This document shows, in pieces, positions 29,149 to 39,998 of a DNA stretch of 64,000 nucleotides. The notes beneath the pieces were generated by a model. The model saw nothing but the letters and a program-made list of their open reading frames with translations, did not search any database and had not been told where the DNA came from. Position 1 is the first letter of the stretch. Each line of letters begins with the position of its first letter. This DNA comes from Alphaproteobacteria bacterium (lineage in GTDB: Bacteria; Pseudomonadota; Alphaproteobacteria; GCA-2731375): the NCBI GenBank assembly GCA_965225945.1, contig CBDDBZ010000039.1, forward strand, positions 512,001 through 576,000, written 5' to 3'. Made by a program: the position numbers and the translations under genes.

Positions 29149-29873
29149 GAGTCTTCCCTCCAATGACGTGCCGCCTCGAACCGCGCGGAGCAATGGTGGA
29201 TCTGTCGACTTCTCCAAATAGCTCCCGTGTTCGGTCGCGGCGACGCTTCAAGTCTCGTGTAAACAACTCGGGCGGACCGGCCCCGATTTCTCAGGCGCTG
29301 ACCGGAAGCGATCCACCAAGTCGCATTATGGTCGAGACGGTCGGGGCTTGTCACTCACCAAGTGCCGTCCGCTCCCGGCTCCAACCCCGGGGATGGCACC
29401 CTCGGGGTGGTCGGGAGGGGCGGCACCGCCTGGGAGCGGGTGGCTCGGCTGGGTCGCAGAGTGATCTCCAAGGGTGGCGTCGAGGTGTCCGAGCGGCTCG
29501 CCCGGGCGCCGCTGGTCGAAGGGCGTCAGCTCGATGGGCACGATCTCCAGGTCCAGGTCGCGCCAATGCTACGTGTCGGCGTCGGCGTCCAAGCCCCGGT
29601 AGAACGACCGTCTCGACTGCGCTAAGCTTTTGCCTCGTTCGCGTTTGGGGGAGTGCGCATGACGGGCGGAGAGCCTATCCGCAGGCTCACGACGATCGTC
29701 GCTGCCGATGTCGCGGGCTACAGCCGGCTGACCGCGAGCGACGAGGAGGGAACGCTTGCTGCCTTGCGCTCTCACCGCTCCGAGCTAATCGAGCCCAAGA
29801 TTGCCGAGTATCGAGGGCGGATTGCCAACACCGCCGGCTGTATCGCACCCGGTTCCTTGGACACAAGTTTGTC

Positions 29874-30785
29874 TCATGCGGCGGGCCTGAGTGACATCGC
29901 GGTGTGCCACGCCTGACGAGCTTGAGCGGGGCTCAGGTAGCCGTTCTTCTCCACGATCCACTGGGCATTGTACTGTTCGACGAACCCGCGGACGGCGTTC
30001 CGCAGCTCCGCGATGTTGCGGTAGATGCGGCCATGGATGATCTGTTCCTTGAGCGTGCGATTGAACCTCTCGGCGACGCCGTTGGTCTGGGGCTGTTCGA
30101 CGAAGGCGTAGGACGGCTGGATGCCCCAGAACTTGATCTGGTTGGTGAAGTGGTCCGACAGATACTGGGAGCCGTGATCCATCCGCAAGGCCAGCCCCCG
30201 CGCCGCACCGGCGGAGGTCGAGGCATACAGCCTCGCAAGCCCCATGGAGATCGGCTGAAGGGCGGCGAAGCGGTCGCCTCGCTTGCACACATGCCAGCCG
30301 ACGCACTCGGCGTTCCAATGCTCGATGGCGGTGAATATCCAGCCCCAGCCGTCGTCCACCGTGAACACCCGAACGCCGTCCGTGCCCCACATGAGGTTGG
30401 GGGCATGGGTGATGATCTCACCGACATGGGGATTTCCGCCACGGCGGCGGCAGCGATGGGGCGAGAGCAGGTTGTTCTCGCGCATCACCCGGAGCACCCG
30501 CTTGCGGGAAACACGGATGCCACGACAGACCCGAAGCCGAGCCCAGACCTTGCGGTGTCCCTCGCCCTCCCAGGGGGATGCCTCCAGGTCGGCCTCGATG
30601 GCCACCAGCAGAGCCTCGTCCGAGATCGAGGGCTTCGGTCCCCGGCGCTTTGCTGGTGGGCGCTCAGCGGTGGCCTGCTGCCGGGATTTCATGGCGTAGA
30701 ACGAGGAACGGGCAAAACCCCAGGCCGCACAGACCCGCTGGAGGCCGTAGGCCAAACCCGTGCCGGGAGAGGTGGCGGCACTCAT
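29874..30785 (-). CDS. IS OrfB, rve integrase core transposase
   Basis: PNLMWGTD, RMDHGSQY, NGVAERFNRTLKE. Confidence 0.92.
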   Translation of the reverse strand: MSAATSPGTGLAYGLQRVCAAWGFARSSFYAMKSRQQATAERPPAKRRGPKPSISDEALLVAIEADLEASPWEGEGHRKVWARLRVCRGIRVSRKRVLRVMRENNLLSPHRCRRRGGNPHVGEIITHAPNLMWGTDGVRVFTVDDGWGWIFTAIEHWNAECVGWHVCKRGDRFAALQPISMGLARLYASTSAGAARGLALRMDHGSQYLSDHFTNQIKFWGIQPSYAFVEQPQTNGVAERFNRTLKEQIIHGRIYRNIAELRNAVRGFVEQYNAQWIVEKNGYLSPAQARQAWHTAMSLRPAA

Positions 30786-31213
30786 CGCCGCGACCTCCGC
30801 CGCCCCAAAGGGCCGGACGTCTCCGTCTTGGCCTCCAGCAGTTCCACCTGCATGATCAACTCCCCGATCCGCTTCATGGCGATGTCCAGTTCCGCCTTTA
30901 CCGGATCGCCCTTGCGTTCCTTGAGCGAGGCATCGATCCCGGCGATCGCCTTCTCACGCCACTGCTCGAGCCGGAAAATCTCCACGCCCAACTGCCGCGA
31001 CAAAAGTTCCACCGGCTCGCCACGCAAAAGCCGCAGGGCAACCTCACGCTTGCGCGTCACCGTCCACCGCTGGCCAAGTCCCAGCGGGCCTGCCGGCGAA
31101 ACCTGGCCCGGGGAAAACGTGGACGAGCCAAGCTCGCCCTCGTTTACCACAGGCCCATCAACAGCAACTTTGTTCTCAAAATTGTCGGTCATGTTCCGGT
31201 CCTCCTTGGACAC
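30782..31213 (-). CDS. IS OrfA, HTH protein
   Basis: RWTVTRKREVALRLLRGE..ELLSRQLGV...WRE plus a coiled coil; ATGA overlap with orfB; start may be 31192. Confidence 0.8.
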   Translation of the reverse strand: MSKEDRNMTDNFENKVAVDGPVVNEGELGSSTFSPGQVSPAGPLGLGQRWTVTRKREVALRLLRGEPVELLSRQLGVEIFRLEQWREKAIAGIDASLKERKGDPVKAELDIAMKRIGELIMQVELLEAKTETSGPLGRRRSRR

Positions 31214-33123
31214 TTCGATTAAGCCAATTCTGTGTCCAAGGAAATCGGGTCCGACTCACCAACACCGCCGGCGACAGCCTCCTCATCGAGTTTCCAAGCG
31301 TGGTCGAAGCCTTCCGCTGCACCGTCGAAATCCAGCACGAGATGGTCGAGCGTAATCGCAAGACGCCGGAGGACGAGCGCATTAGGTTTCGCATCGGCAT
31401 CAACGTCGGCGATGTCATGGAGCAGGACGGTGACCTGTTGGGCGATGGCGTCAACGTTGCCGCGCGTCTTCAGGAGATCGCCGAGCCTGGCGGCGTTTCC
31501 ATCTCTGACATGGTGCACCAACAGATTGAGGACAAAGTCGACTCCGCGTTCGAGAATGCAGGCAAGCATCAGGTAAAGAACATGGTGCGGCCCATCCACG
31601 TCTGGCGTTGGGAGGGCGAAGGATCTCCCGCGCCCCCGCGCGGGCCCGACTTATCGAAACCGCCGCCGCTACCCGACAAGCCCTCGATCGCCGTCCTGTC
31701 CTTCGAAAACATGTCGACCGACCCGGAGCAAGAGTATTTTTCCGACGGCATCGCCGAAGACATCATCACCTCGCTCTCCAAGCTCTCGCAGCTCATGGTG
31801 ATCGCCCGCAACTCGACATTCGCCTACAAGGGCAGGCCAGCGAAGGTGCAGGAAATCGCCGAGGAACTGGGCGTCCGCTACGTCGTCGAAGGCAGCGTTC
31901 GCAAAGCCGGCAACCGTGTGAGAATTACCGCACAGTTGATCGATTGCACCACCGGGGCCCATGTTTGGGCCGATCGGTTCGATCGGGAACTGACCGACAT
32001 TTTCGCCGTGCAAGACGAGGTGACGCGAGAGATCGTCTCGGCCATGGCTTTGACCCTCACTGCCGATGAGCAGGGACGCCTCGAACATAAGAGCACCAAC
32101 AATTTAAAGGCCTTCGACTACTACCTTCGGGGTCGCGAACACCATTGGCTGCTGTCGAGGGAGGGAAGTGCTCACGCTAAAGCCATGTTCAATCGCGCTA
32201 TCGACCTAGATCCGGAGTTTGCGCCCGCCTACGCGTTCTTGTCGATTCAGCGCGTGTTGGATCACATCAATCAATGGCACGACGCAAACGATCGCCCATT
32301 GGAGCACGCCTATGAACTCGCAGAACGGGCGGTCTTGCTGGACGACACCTATGCACGATCCCATTTTACACTAGGAAACGCTAACCTTTGGAAGAGATAA
32401 CATGATCAAGCCTTCGCAGAATTCGAAAGGTCTGTTGCGATAGATCCAAATTTTGCTACCGGGTATATGGGGATGGGCTGGGCCCTTCTGTATACGGGGA
32501 AGTCGGAAGAAGCGATCGAGTTAATCAATCGGGGCATGCGCCTTGATCCTCATTACTCCGCGGTTCGCCTTCATTGGCTGGCGCAAGCATATTATCAGTT
32601 GGGTCGCTACGAGGAAGCGATAGACATTTTGAAGCAACGGATAGTCCGCAATCCCGATACGGACGTCTCCCGCGTTCTGTTGGCGGCGAGTTATGGCCAT
32701 CTTGGGCGCGTAGCAGAGGCCAGGGCCGCATGGGCAGAAGCACTTCGGATAAATCCCAACTACTCTCTGGAACACCGCAGGCAGATCTTACCTTATAAGG
32801 ATCCATCCGATTTCGATCGCCTCGTCGAAGGGCTGCGCAAGGCGGGTCTGCCGGATTAATGGATTTTCCGTTCGGTGATATCGATCCGAAACCTGGTGAC
32901 CACGCGTTACATGAGTAACCTCGAATTCGACAGTCCGGAAACAAACTGATCCAAGGTCGATGGGGCATCGAGGCCTGTCGGACTCTCGAGAGATGGTGCT
33001 GATCTCGTGCATGGACACAGATGGCAAGAGGGGCCTCCCAACGTCGGCGGCGCACGCGACCCCGTGACACCCGGCGCCGTTCTCCGCTAGCCTGCGCCAT
33101 GTCAGGACGAGGGGGCCGAGGGG

Positions 33124-33591
33124 ATGGTGGTGTTGGATCGCGTTGAACTGGCGGCGTTGGTCGATGCCGAGGACGCGCGCATCTTCATGCCGCTCAGCCA
33201 TAACGTCGCGAGCGACGGCGAGATGGCCGAACACGGTGCCGAGGGCCGCGATACCGCCTGGATCGACGAGGGAATCGAGACGCTGCGCCAGCGCGTGGCG
33301 CAGCTTGGAACCGGCGTTCACTGGGCGGAGCAGCCGCCCTCGCGCACCACCCACATGATCGCCAATCTGGCGCTGGTGGCGACGCGCCCGGCGGCGGGGC
33401 GCGTGTTGGAGGTGGAGACCCGCTGTCGCTTCCTGGTTCACCGCAACCGGCTGCAGGACGAGACGACGACGCTGATCGGCAAGCGCAACGACACGCTTCG
33501 CCGGGTCGGCGGCGATTGGCGGATCGCAAGGCGCGAAATTCAGCTCGACCAGAACGTCCTTCTGGCCAAAAATCTCTCGGTGTTCTTCTGA
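33124..33591 (+). CDS. Aromatic ring-hydroxylating dioxygenase beta subunit-like, N-terminally degenerate
   Basis: WAEQPPSRTTHMIAN, FLVHRNR, GKRNDTLRR, WRIARREIQLDQNVLLAKNLSVFF. Confidence 0.75.
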   Translation: MVVLDRVELAALVDAEDARIFMPLSHNVASDGEMAEHGAEGRDTAWIDEGIETLRQRVAQLGTGVHWAEQPPSRTTHMIANLALVATRPAAGRVLEVETRCRFLVHRNRLQDETTTLIGKRNDTLRRVGGDWRIARREIQLDQNVLLAKNLSVFF

Positions 33592-33619
33592 TTCGCTCGC
33601 TCGCGAGGGAGGCAACGGC

Positions 33620-33877
33620 ATGGGCTTGGTCGCAAAGGCTGGGGGGGTCATTCTCGGGGTCGCCGCCGTCTTCTATATCGTGCTGTTCCTGGTCGCCCTG
33701 CCGACGATGGCGAACGCGCCGAGATCGAGCGCGATACACGCCACGTCGGCCAATATTTACCGCACCCTTTATGTGCCGGTACGCGACGCACTGCCGTACG
33801 ACAACTTCGTGCGCCAGCTGATCGTCGACTATGAGCACTACTGGTGCGGCGGCGTCACGGGCTGCGTGCTGCGGTGA
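33620..33877 (+). CDS. Small membrane-anchored hypothetical protein
   Basis: GGAGG SD, N-terminal hydrophobic helix, host codon usage. Confidence 0.6.
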   Translation: MGLVAKAGGVILGVAAVFYIVLFLVALPTMANAPRSSAIHATSANIYRTLYVPVRDALPYDNFVRQLIVDYEHYWCGGVTGCVLR

Positions 33878-33917
33878 CGGTGGCGTTCCCGCGCCGCCCG
33901 AGAGCCGCCGGCGCCGG

Positions 33918-34892
33918 TCAGAAAATCTTGGACAGGTATTTCAGCCCGGTATCGGGCAGCACGGTCACAATTCTGGCGGGACCATCGAGGCTGTCTGCGA
34001 GTTTGCGACAGCCGAACAGGTTGGCGCCCGAGCTGCCTCCCGCCAGGATGCCTTCCACCTTGGCCAGTTCGCGGGTCATGGCGAAGGCGTCCGCATCGCT
34101 AAATTGCAACATCTCGTCGACGATCGCGAAGTCCATGCACTTGGCGATATGGTCCTCGCCGATACCCTCCACCTGATAGCTGCCGATCTCGGAGGAATCG
34201 ATCTTTCCGGTCTTGAAGTAGGTGTAATAGATCGAGCCGATCGGATCCGGCATCACCACCTTGATCCGGGCGTCCTGTTGCTTCAGGAAGCGGCCGGCCC
34301 CCGACACCGTCCCGCCGGTGCTGCCGGAGGCGACGAAATAGTCGAGCCGGCCATCCATCTGGCGCCAGATTTCCGGCCCGGTGGTGCGGTAGTGCGCATC
34401 GGCGTTCGCCGGATTGTCGTACTGATTGATCATGAACGAGTTCGGCGTGGTCTCGGCGATCGCGCGGGCCTTGCGGACGTAGTGTTCCTCGCTGTCGGGG
34501 GGCGCGTCGGTCGGGCAGACGATGATCTCGGCGCCGAAGGCCTTCAGCGCCGCTTGCTTCTCCGCGCTCACCTTGTCGGGCATGGTGAGCACCGCCCGAT
34601 AGCCCTTGATCGCCGCGATCATCGCGACGGCGGCACCGGTGTTGCCGGAGGTGTTCTCGACGATGGTGCCGCCCGGCGCGAGCTCGCCGGCGGCTTCCGC
34701 GGCGGCGACGATGTGGTGGACGATCCGATCCTTGACGCTGCCGCTGGGATTGAAGAATTCGAGCTTGGCGAAGACCTCGATACCCTCTTGGCGAAACAGT
34801 TTCCTCAGCGGGACCAGCGGCGTATTGCCGATTGTTTCCAACAAGTCCGTCGCGGTGGAACCGACATCGATCACGTCATCTCTCTCGAGCAT
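33918..34892 (-). CDS. PLP-dependent cysteine synthase/cystathionine beta-synthase family
   Basis: IGNTPLV, NPSGSVKDR, TSGNTG, GSTGGT, PDTGLKYLSK. Confidence 0.92.
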   Translation of the reverse strand: MLERDDVIDVGSTATDLLETIGNTPLVPLRKLFRQEGIEVFAKLEFFNPSGSVKDRIVHHIVAAAEAAGELAPGGTIVENTSGNTGAAVAMIAAIKGYRAVLTMPDKVSAEKQAALKAFGAEIIVCPTDAPPDSEEHYVRKARAIAETTPNSFMINQYDNPANADAHYRTTGPEIWRQMDGRLDYFVASGSTGGTVSGAGRFLKQQDARIKVVMPDPIGSIYYTYFKTGKIDSSEIGSYQVEGIGEDHIAKCMDFAIVDEMLQFSDADAFAMTRELAKVEGILAGGSSGANLFGCRKLADSLDGPARIVTVLPDTGLKYLSKIF

Positions 34893-35283
34893 GGCTTAGA
34901 CTCCCGGAGCGAGGGGCGGGCGAATTCCCGTCTTCGGGGGCAGGCGGGTGCCCCGGCGACCGCTCCCTCCCCCGATATCGCCCTAGACGGCATCGAGGGA
35001 AGCTTCGAGCGATGATACGACCTTCACCTCGGGCCGGGGAAGAGCAGCGCATGGGTTCGAGGGGGTCCGGCGGCGCGGAGGCCGGCCCAGGCAAGCGTGA
35101 GCGTCCCGCTCCGCCTTCTCCACCTGGCTGGTCTACCCGCCGGGCGCCCTGGCACGGCGCCTCATGGAGCCACGATCTCGCAAGATTCGGAAAATGATAC
35201 ACGGGAGTGCACCCCTAGTCCGAGGCAGATTTTCGGGTTACGGTTGACGGAACCCATAACTCAGGTTAGTCTGACACGAATCG

Positions 35284-35571
35284 ATGATACGCAGCTACAG
35301 GGATAAAAAGACCGAAGCCTTCGCCAATGGTGAATTCGTGAAGCAATTCTTGAGCTTTGCCGAGCAGGCTCAACGGCGTCTCGTATACCTGAATGCGGCC
35401 GACAGCCTTCTTGCCTTGCGGAATTTTCGGAGCAATCGGTTGGAAGCCCTGTCAGGCGACAGAAGAGGCCGGTACAGCATACGCATTAATCTGCAATGGC
35501 GGATATGCTTCGAATGGCCGGACGACGCGACGGGGCCGCATAACGTGGAAATTGTAAATTATCACAGGTGA
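35284..35571 (+). CDS. higB: HigB (RelE-like) toxin
   Basis: MIRSYRDK, NRLEALSGDRRGRYSIRINLQWRICFEW, VEIVNYH. Confidence 0.9.
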   Translation: MIRSYRDKKTEAFANGEFVKQFLSFAEQAQRRLVYLNAADSLLALRNFRSNRLEALSGDRRGRYSIRINLQWRICFEWPDDATGPHNVEIVNYHR

Positions 35572-35579
35572 GAAGGACG

Positions 35580-35888
35580 ATGATCAACCTGCCCCCCATA
35601 CATCCCGGCTCATTCCTCAAGGAAGAGCTGGAAGAGTGTGGCATACTGCCTGCACATCTGGCGAATGCTATTGCCGTGCCAAAGAACCGCATCTCTGAAA
35701 TTGTCAACGGCAAGCGCGGCATAACCGGTGATACGGCCCTGCGGCTCGGGCATTATTTCGGGACCGGTGAAAAGGTCTGGATGAATCTGCAAAGCGAATA
35801 CGAGTTGGCCCTGGCGAGACAAAGCGCCGGTGGCGATATCGCCGCGCTGCCCACCTTACAGGATGATTCGCCGGCCGTTGCGAAGTAA
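35580..35888 (+). CDS. higA: HigA antitoxin (HTH)
   Basis: PIHPGSFLKEE, RISEIVNGKRGIT.DTALRL, WMNLQ. Confidence 0.92.
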   Translation: MINLPPIHPGSFLKEELEECGILPAHLANAIAVPKNRISEIVNGKRGITGDTALRLGHYFGTGEKVWMNLQSEYELALARQSAGGDIAALPTLQDDSPAVAK

Positions 35889-35928
35889 GCCGTTACCAAC
35901 GTGTTTCCTCGCGAAGAATGGCGGCTGT

Positions 35929-36086
35929 GGGTTTGTTGAAAAAGTCTGTGAGGCGACCGCTCTGGAGTTCGGGGCGCAAGAATTGAATTGATGAAGGGCC
36001 GGAGCCAACATCTTCTTTCGTCGAGAGCGGTTGCCACGAATCAATCTTTCGAGTCCAAAGACCCAAGTTATTTTTTCAACAAACCC
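35929..36086. mobile_element. 158-bp MITE
   Basis: 15-bp TIR GGGTTTGTTGAAAAA / TTTTTCAACAAACCC; 5-bp DR GCTGT (35924-35928, 36087-36091). Confidence 0.78.
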
Positions 36087-36424
36087 GCTGTCCCAATTAC
36101 CCGCCCCAATGTGCGTACTATGTTTCAAGTTGGTTTTTTTGCCATCCGTTCCGAGGTCGGGTTCGGACATAGCCCTTCTTGCGCGGAGGCCGGAACGGGA
36201 CGGTGCCTTCGTCCGCCCGATCGTCGCTCGCGCGCATCACGATCGATGACGATCTTTTCGCCTGTCCGCCCATGACCGTGTACCTCCGGTGTCCCATCGG
36301 GACGATTGGTCTCCGAACCGCGTCACGCGAAAGCCCCGGACGCGCGCGAGGCCGGGGATGTGGGGGCGAATATTCGCCATCTCGACCCCTGCCGAGCGTT
36401 GCGCCGAGGCGCGGGCGGGACTAG

Positions 36425-37675
<1,251 letters not shown>

Positions 37676-37688
37676 GGGGCATCGCGCG

Positions 37689-38621
37689 ATGCGCATCGCC
37701 GTGATGGGCGCCGGCGGGCTCGGCGGCAACTACGGCGCCCGGCTCGCCGCCGGAGGCCAGGACGTCGCCTTCATCGCCCGGGGCGCCAACCTCCGGGGCT
37801 TGAGAGATCGCGGCCTGCTGGTTACCAGCGAGGCGCTCGGCGACATTCGCCTCGATAAGGTGAGGGTGAGCGACGATCCGGCCGAGATCGGCCCGGTCGA
37901 CGTGGTGCTGCTGACGACCAAGCGCTACGACCTGGAGGCCGCCGCCGAGGCGACGAAACCCTTGCTCGGGCCGGAAACGGCAGTGATCTCGCTGCTGAAC
38001 GGGATCGATTCCGAGGCTCGCATGGTGGCGATCCTGGGGCCTCGTCACGTCGTCGGCGGCGCCGCCTACACCACGGCGCATCTGCTGGAGCCGGGGCGCA
38101 TACGCCATGTCTCCGGCCCTCAGCGAATCGCCGTCGGCGAGCTGGACGGCCGGATCTCGCCCCGCCTCGAGGGCTTCGCCGAGGTTGCGGAGGCGGCCGG
38201 CATCGAGACCCTGGTCAGCGACGAGATCCAGGCGCTGATCTGGGCCAAGTTCGTCCTGCTGGCCGGGATCGGCGGCGTCTGCGCGCTGGCCCGCCAGCCG
38301 GTCGGCGCCATCCGCGAGGACGCGGAGCTGCGCGCGCTCAGCCATCTCTCGATGGCGGAGATCGTCGCCGTGGCCGAGGCGGAGGGCATCGAGATCCCGG
38401 GCGCCGAGGCGGCGGGCGCCGCCTTCATCGAGAATTCCGCCGCCGATCTGGAGCCCTCGCTGCTGGTCGATCTCAATCGCGGCCGCCGCTTGGAAGTGGA
38501 GTGGTTCTCGGGCGAGATCCTGCGCCTCGGCCGCCTGCACGGCGTCGCGACGCCGATCCATCAGGCGATTTGGGCAGCCCTTCGCCCCTTCGCCGCCGGC
38601 CTCGGCACCCCCGGGTCCTGA
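37689..38621 (+). CDS. panE: 2-dehydropantoate 2-reductase
   Basis: MGAGGLGG, LLNGID, WAKF, PSLLVD...RLEVE. Confidence 0.85.
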   Translation: MRIAVMGAGGLGGNYGARLAAGGQDVAFIARGANLRGLRDRGLLVTSEALGDIRLDKVRVSDDPAEIGPVDVVLLTTKRYDLEAAAEATKPLLGPETAVISLLNGIDSEARMVAILGPRHVVGGAAYTTAHLLEPGRIRHVSGPQRIAVGELDGRISPRLEGFAEVAEAAGIETLVSDEIQALIWAKFVLLAGIGGVCALARQPVGAIREDAELRALSHLSMAEIVAVAEAEGIEIPGAEAAGAAFIENSAADLEPSLLVDLNRGRRLEVEWFSGEILRLGRLHGVATPIHQAIWAALRPFAAGLGTPGS

Positions 38622-38727
38622 GGCGGGTCGCGAAGGGCGCCGCCGCCGGGCGGCGACTGGCGTTTCGGCCGGGGAATCCCTAAATTGTGGGAACGCGAAG
38701 TGCGCATCGATTAAGGGGAGCCCGGTC

Positions 38728-38973
38728 ATGGCGAACGCGCCGGAAGCCTTGATTCTGGATCTGGTCGAGTGGGTCGCCCGCCGAGCCCGACCCTACGACG
38801 AGGTGATGGAAGCTTGGCGGACCTCCTGCCCGCGCTTGCCGGTCTGGGAGGACGCGGTGGCGCGCGGGCTGGTGGCGCGCCGGCGGGAAGGCTTCGAGGT
38901 CGCCCATGTGGTCGTCACGCCGAGGGGCGAGGAGCTCCTGGCGCTCAATGGTCGCTGCGTCCGGGCGGCCTGA
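38728..38973 (+). CDS. Conserved-looking small hypothetical protein
   Basis: LILDLVEWV..RPYDEVMEAWRTSCPRLPVWEDA; GGAG SD. Confidence 0.7.
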   Translation: MANAPEALILDLVEWVARRARPYDEVMEAWRTSCPRLPVWEDAVARGLVARRREGFEVAHVVVTPRGEELLALNGRCVRAA

Positions 38974-38990
38974 TCAGGGGTCCGGCGGCG

Positions 38991-39974
38991 GTGAAAATTA
39001 CCATCCTGGACGATTATCACGACACCCTTCGCCACCTTCCCTGTTTCGCCGAGCTCGACGCTCACGCGGTCGCGATCTGAAACGATCATTGCCAGGACCT
39101 CGTTCCGCTGGCGGAACGACTGGCCGAGACCGAGGCGCTGGTGCTGATCCGCGAGCGAACGCATATCCGCGCGCCACTGCTGGAACGACTGGCGAACCTT
39201 CGCCTGATCAGCCAGCGGAGCGTCTATCCCCATATCGACATCGAGGCCTGCACGCGCCTCGGCATCGTCGTCTCCTCGGACCTGCACATGGGCACGCCGA
39301 GCCACGCGACGGCCGAGCTCACCTGGGGCCTGGTGTTGGCGGCGGCGCGGCAAATCCCGCAACAGATGGCCTCGCTGCAAGCCGGCGGCTGGCAGATCGG
39401 CGTCGGCACGAGCTTGCGCGGCAAGACCCTCGGAATCCACGGCTATAGCCGCATCGGCGCGACGGTCGCCGGAATCGGGCGGGCCTTCGGGATGGAGGTG
39501 CTGGTCTGGGCCCGCGAGGCCTCGCGGGAGCGCGCGGTGGCGGAGGGCTACCGGGCGGCGTCGAGCAAGCGCAGGTTTTACCAAACGGCGGACGTGATCT
39601 CGCTCCACATGCGCCTGGTCGACGCCACTCGCGGATGCGTGACGCGGGACGACCTCGCCCGGATGAAGCCGAGCGCCATCCTGGTCAACACCAGCCGCGC
39701 CGGGCTGATCGAGGAAGATGCCTTGGTGGACGCGCTGCGCGCCGGACGGCCGGGGATGGCGGCGGTCGACGTCTATGAGGCCGAGCCCGTGACCGACCCG
39801 GCGCATCCGCTGCTGAGGCTTCCCAACGTGGTGGCGACGCCGCACATCGGCTACGTCACGGCGGAGGAATACGAGCAGCAATTCAGCGACATCTTCCGCC
39901 AAATCACCGCCTTCGCCTCGGGCATCCCCAGCAACGTGGTCAACCCCGAGGTCCTCGACCACATGCGGTGCTGA
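38991..39974 (+). pseudogene. D-2-hydroxyacid dehydrogenase with in-frame TGA at codon 30
   Basis: MKITILDDYHD...AVAI*NDHCQD...LIRERT...NTSRAGL...TPHIGY; TGA at 39078-39080. Confidence 0.85.
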
Positions 39975-39998
39975 TTAACGCCCGCCACGACGTCGGCC

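Larger units (their letters stand above)
29839..31258 (-). mobile_element. IS3-like two-ORF element (1420 bp)
   Basis: TG...CA ends sharing TTCCTTGGACACA; 14-bp DR CCAACACCGCCGGC (29825-29838, 31259-31272). Confidence 0.9.
29659..32859 (+). pseudogene. Class III adenylate/guanylate cyclase-TolB-like-TPR protein, broken by an IS and a nonsense codon
   Basis: RRLTTIVAADVAGYSRL...ANTAG | DSLLIEF...RIGINVGDV...GDGVNVAARL, PSIAVLSFEN, TPRs; in-frame TAA at 32398-32400 followed by HDQAFAEFER in frame. Confidence 0.9.

Noticed and set aside
29220-29650. Short ORFs between dctP and the cyclase
   Set aside because: No recognisable motif or convincing start; possibly a decayed fragment.
39078-39080. 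In-frame TGA as selenocysteine or genetic code 4
   Set aside because: The position corresponds to a likely Trp, not a catalytic Cys; TGA ends many genes here and Trp is TGG elsewhere.
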